A DNA stretch of 64,000 bases from the human T2T-CHM13v2.0 reference genome, Homo sapiens. The position numbers were made by a program, and so were the translations under genes. Shown here one piece after another: positions 59,955 through 64,000 of this stretch. The notes beneath the pieces are model-generated. The model made no database searches. It saw nothing but the letters and a program-made list of their open reading frames with translations, and had not been told where the DNA came from. The stretch is from NCBI RefSeq assembly GCF_009914755.1, contig NC_060936.1; one strand, given 5' to 3'. How positions within the stretch are numbered: position 1 is the first letter of the stretch; each line of letters begins with the position of its first letter.

Positions 59955-60611
59955 GTTCATTTTTCCACCTACTAAAAAAATCCATTATATATTGGCTTTT
60001 AAAAGTAGGTTATAAAGAAGCTTGTATGATATGACCCTACTTTTATAAATTTTCTTATACACATACAAACTTACGAAAGATGCCACCAAAATATCAACAG
60101 TAGTTAACTTTAGGAGGTAGGATTTTACTTATATTTTTCTGTATTTTTTAAATATGGCATACTAGTATGCATTATTTTTATAGTCAAAAAAGAACTTATT
60201 TACATTTTGAAAAAAATATAAAGTTTTTAACTGATATTTTTCAATCTACACTAGCTTATTTCTTATTATGACATAATTATCTATGATTAAGTATAGTGGG
60301 AAGTACATTTTAAGAATCCAACTTGAAATCCTAAAAAGATGCAAAAATGTTAACATGTCCCACACAGCACCACATATTACTCACTGTCTCTTGAACTTCA
60401 GCAACTTCTGAATATGGCAATATCTAAAAAGAAAACAAATTTTCTTGGGAGTGATTTAATCTCATATACTTAAATCTGAATCTAGAGAGCACCCAGAATT
60501 TATCAAATAAATTAAGCGGTGCAATAATCTTTTAAGTAATAGTTATTTTTCAAAAGGTGCAATATTACTTCTACACTGAAAATTGAACCCTTTTTTAAAA
60601 ATCTTTTTCCA

Positions 60612-60911
60612 GGCTGGGCGCGGTGGCTCATGCCTGTAATCCCAGCACTTTAGGAGGCCGAAGCGGGTGGATCATTTGAGGTCAGGAGTTCGAGAACAGC
60701 CTGGCCAACCTGGTGAAACGTCGTATCTACTAAAAATACAAAAAATTAGCCAGGCATGCTGGCAGGTGCCTGTAATCCCAGCTACTTGGGAGGCTGAGGC
60801 AGGAGAATCGCTTGAACCCGGGGGCGGGGGCGGAGGCTGCAGTGAGCCAAGATTGCACCATTGCACTCCAGCCTGGACAAGAACGAAACTCTGTCTCAAA
60901 AAAAAAAAAAA
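60612..60911 (+). mobile_element. AluS, TSD aaaaatcttttt
   Basis: Forward dimer with a small ggggcg duplication. Confidence 0.93.
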
Positions 60912-62728
60912 TCTTTTTTTAATCCTGAGTCATCTGGAAATTACAGTTAATTTGCCAACCTGTGGAGTCCTCTCTGGCATTGGCCTGGTAGTTTTTCACA
61001 CTTTATATCCTTCCTTTATGTATTTAAAGTCTTCTTTAAATGTATGTATCAGTCTTCTTTATGTATGTATCAGTCTTCTCATGTAAGCCTCTTTTGGTTT
61101 CTAAGAATACTCCTCTGCTCTGGCTTCCCTTCTATTTTCCTGCCTCCACACATTGTCCTCCCATTCAGCAAGTGAATGGCCATTACCAGTGCTCAGCTTC
61201 AACTATTTGTTGTTCTTCCTCTACCTGCTCTTTTCCTGCAGGTTCCATTGATGCTCAAGGCTCATTTATCACCTATATTCAGATAACTTCCTAGTTTCTT
61301 CTTCATACCTAGCATATCTCCAAAACTTCAAAACATTTCTACCTATATGTTTGGACATTATTGCATATTAATTTCTAGTTCTAAAATTATGTTAACAAAG
61401 GAAGGGCTTTACATCTTTGTATCAGAGATAGTAATCAGCTTTCTCTCAGAAACCAGCTTCCACACTGATTTGCCCATCTTTCTTTCAAACACTCAGGCAT
61501 AAACCCTTGATTCCTCTGAGACATTTCCCCCAACATCTGATTAAATTATTAAATTCTGATTTTTTTGCCTCTATGGTGCCTATTTCACATTCAGTCTTTT
61601 TTTTTTCACTTCCCATTAGTGCCCCCTATGTCAGACCCACATCACCTCATGTGTCAACTTCTGCATCTCCCTTTTGGTAGATGTCCCTGCATGCAGTCTC
61701 AGCCCACTCATTCATTTACTATGCTACATACCAGAATTTAAAAACATGATAAAAACATAGTCCCTACTGCCAAGATCACCATACACAGAAGACAGTATGT
61801 ATTACGGTTTATTCAACACTAAGATAAGTGATCTCCAGTCTACCCAACATTACCCATTCTTCAGGCTATCCCATCATTAGCATGCCACTTAACTTCTTTC
61901 TGTGAGGTTTCTTTTTCTCCTTTGTAAATGCACTAATTATTAAACCTTCCAAATTTCTAGAATTGTTATGAGGCTTAATAATAGTTTACCTGAGTATTGT
62001 ATATAAATTTGTTTTGAAAATCAGTATATAGACATAAGGCAGAATTACTTATTATTAAAACAAATGACAAAGACTAAGAAAGGACCTAGAAAAAAGTGAT
62101 TAATTTACCAACTTAATTTTCTAGGCAGTCACTCTGGCCTCATTTCTCCTCCACTAAAGAACATCTGGTGGCACCCTATTCTTTTAAAAATAAACCCCAA
62201 ACACTGATAGTTAAAATATTTTACAATTTGGCCCAATTATCCATCCCACAGAAATAATGATTTTCTATGAGATGGTCTCACATCTCCACTTAACTCAAAC
62301 TCCACTTAGCTAAAATTCTGTCTAGTAAAACTGATTGCTTAAAGTGATCTGTAATTTTCTCCCTACTTTGTTTCTGCTTTCCTACTCAATAGCTTGAAAT
62401 TTTTATATGTATTTTCTGTCTTTCTCCACTCAAATGTTAGCTCCACTGGAGTGGGAATTTTGTCTATTTTGTTCACTGCAATATCTCTTAAAACTAGAAC
62501 AGAGCTTTGCGCCATAGCAGACACTCAACAAACCCCTCACCTTGAGAGCTCAAATTGCCAATTCTGCTACCTATGTTCAAGCTAAAGTTATCGTTCTCCA
62601 ACTCTGACTTTCTAATGTGAATTCTTTGATAATTCATAATTATCTCACAGTATTGTCTCTCTTGCCATACAAATAAATAACTAATTCAATTGTTATTTAA
62701 CTTTTCTCCACCATTATAATGGTCTAGT

Positions 62729-62925
62729 ACAGTGCTGTCAAATAGAACTTTCTACGACGATAGAAATAGTGTGTATCTGTAATGTCCAACAGGGTAGCTA
62801 CTACCTACATGTAGCTATTGAAATCTTGAAATGTGGCTAGTAAAACTAAGGAAGAACTTTTAATTTAATTAGGTTAACTTTAAATTAGTCACATGTGGGA
62901 AGTGGCTATACTATCAGACAACTCA
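62729..62925 (+). mobile_element. MER3
   Basis: cagtgctgtcaaatagaactttct...aaatgtggctagtaaaactaagga. Confidence 0.82.
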
Positions 62926-63499
62926 GGTCTAGCACAATCTTACCTTTCCCTAGCTCACCTAACACTGACCACACCTCTAGCATTTGCCACTGCTGACCAC
63001 TCCTTTTCTGAAAACTCTGTCCTCTCTTAGTTTCCAACCTATTTTCTCTTTCTCCTCCCTCTCTCTGCATCCTAGAATCTCTTATTTCCATTCAACATGA
63101 TTTCCCCATGTGATTCCATTGACTTGATTTTTTAAAGAGCTCAGTTCACTAACTCCCCAAATCAGTTTCCTACCTTAACCACTCCTGAGCTGCAGACCCT
63201 CAAGGCCATTCCAATGATTCTCCTGGTGAATTCATTCTTCTTATATAAAGCATGACATCCTTGATAAGGGATTTCCTGACCTCCCACTGCAGGCATAACA
63301 AATAGATATTCCATCTGTCTTGTCACTGCATCTTTCTATTATCAGGTCGGATTGCAGGGGAGAGCCCACAGAGCTCCATGTGTTCCTAGCAACACTGACT
63401 CTGTACCTCCACCTTCCTGAGTAGGAGGAAAGACCCTTCACTCACCCTTTCCCACAACCCCAAACGCTTACAGACTAACCACCGTCTGCCCAACAGATA

Positions 63500-63830
63500 T
63501 GCAAGCTTTACACTCAGTTCTTATTTTTTGCCTAGAAAACTTCCTTTAGGATTCTGCTCAAAAGCTACTTCATCACAATACTTCCATAATATTCCCAAAA
63601 CAGCAATCATCCCCTATTTTGTTACTCTCTATCCTTCTTACCCTGCTTTATTTTTCGTCACAGCAATCATCTCGTAACACAGTTCATATTTATATATTTT
63701 TTCTTTCTCTACTGAAATGTTAGCTCCACTGAAGTGGGAATTTTGTCTATTTTGTTCACTGCTATATTCCTTAAAACTAGAACAGAGCCTGGCACCATTG
63801 TGGACACTCAGCAAATACTGAATGAATAAA
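63500..63830 (+). mobile_element. L2 3' end
   Basis: ctagaacagagcctggcacc...ctcagcaaatactgaatgaat. Confidence 0.85.
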
Positions 63831-64000
63831 GACAAGAAAAGAAAAAAAAAAGGCTTAGTGATTATAACCCTAATACCTAGCAAAGTCTTTGGCCATCTGA
63901 TAAGCCCAAATTCCATCACTAAGAATTCCCTCATTCTTTTCCTTAAATAGTTCTGTCCTGCATAAAATAACATTGTTACAGATTCACTATCAGTTTTTGG

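Noticed and set aside
61040-61085. Short tandem duplications (atgtatgtatcagtcttct x2; others at 23243, 30002, 44236, 54726)
   Set aside because: Two-copy slippage duplications, not CRISPR-like arrays or functional repeats.

Overview
AT-rich primate (almost certainly human) genomic DNA. It lies entirely inside the 5' half of the minus-strand gene OSBPL8 (ORP8, the ER-contact-site PS/PI4P exchanger). Three canonical small coding exons, all missed by the ORF track, can be read directly: 53794-53830 (37 nt, LLGDSKDVLGPS), 44785-44922 (138 nt, TVVANSDESQLLTPGKMSQRQGKEAYPTPTKDLHQPSLSPASPHSQ) and 4504-4574 (71 nt, GFERGKEDISQNKDESSLSMSKSK). The exon numbers 3/4/5 used below are recalled, not derived from the window. 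The rest is intron, dense in Alu, L1M, L2, MIR, LTR and DNA-transposon relics; essentially all ORF-track entries are repeat-derived or chance ORFs. The main finding is an intact alternative start exon inside the 40-kb intron (16451-16592, minus). It encodes MKEESSQRRFSSCTGVLPVLFPPRIDGRKLVRNASFGGYNELSPSLP-G, which resembles the N-terminus of the paralog ORP5/OSBPL5 and is in phase with the 71-nt exon. The second finding is the splicing architecture behind ORP8L versus ORP8S: a ~170-nt AG-exclusion zone with a distant branch point and RBFOX/QKI/MBNL-type motifs before the 37-nt exon, and a TAG in the next exon that is both a uORF stop and an alternative acceptor. Together these suggest an N-terminal switch with at least three alternatives for ORP8. 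Repeat boundaries and subfamilies were judged by eye and are approximate.
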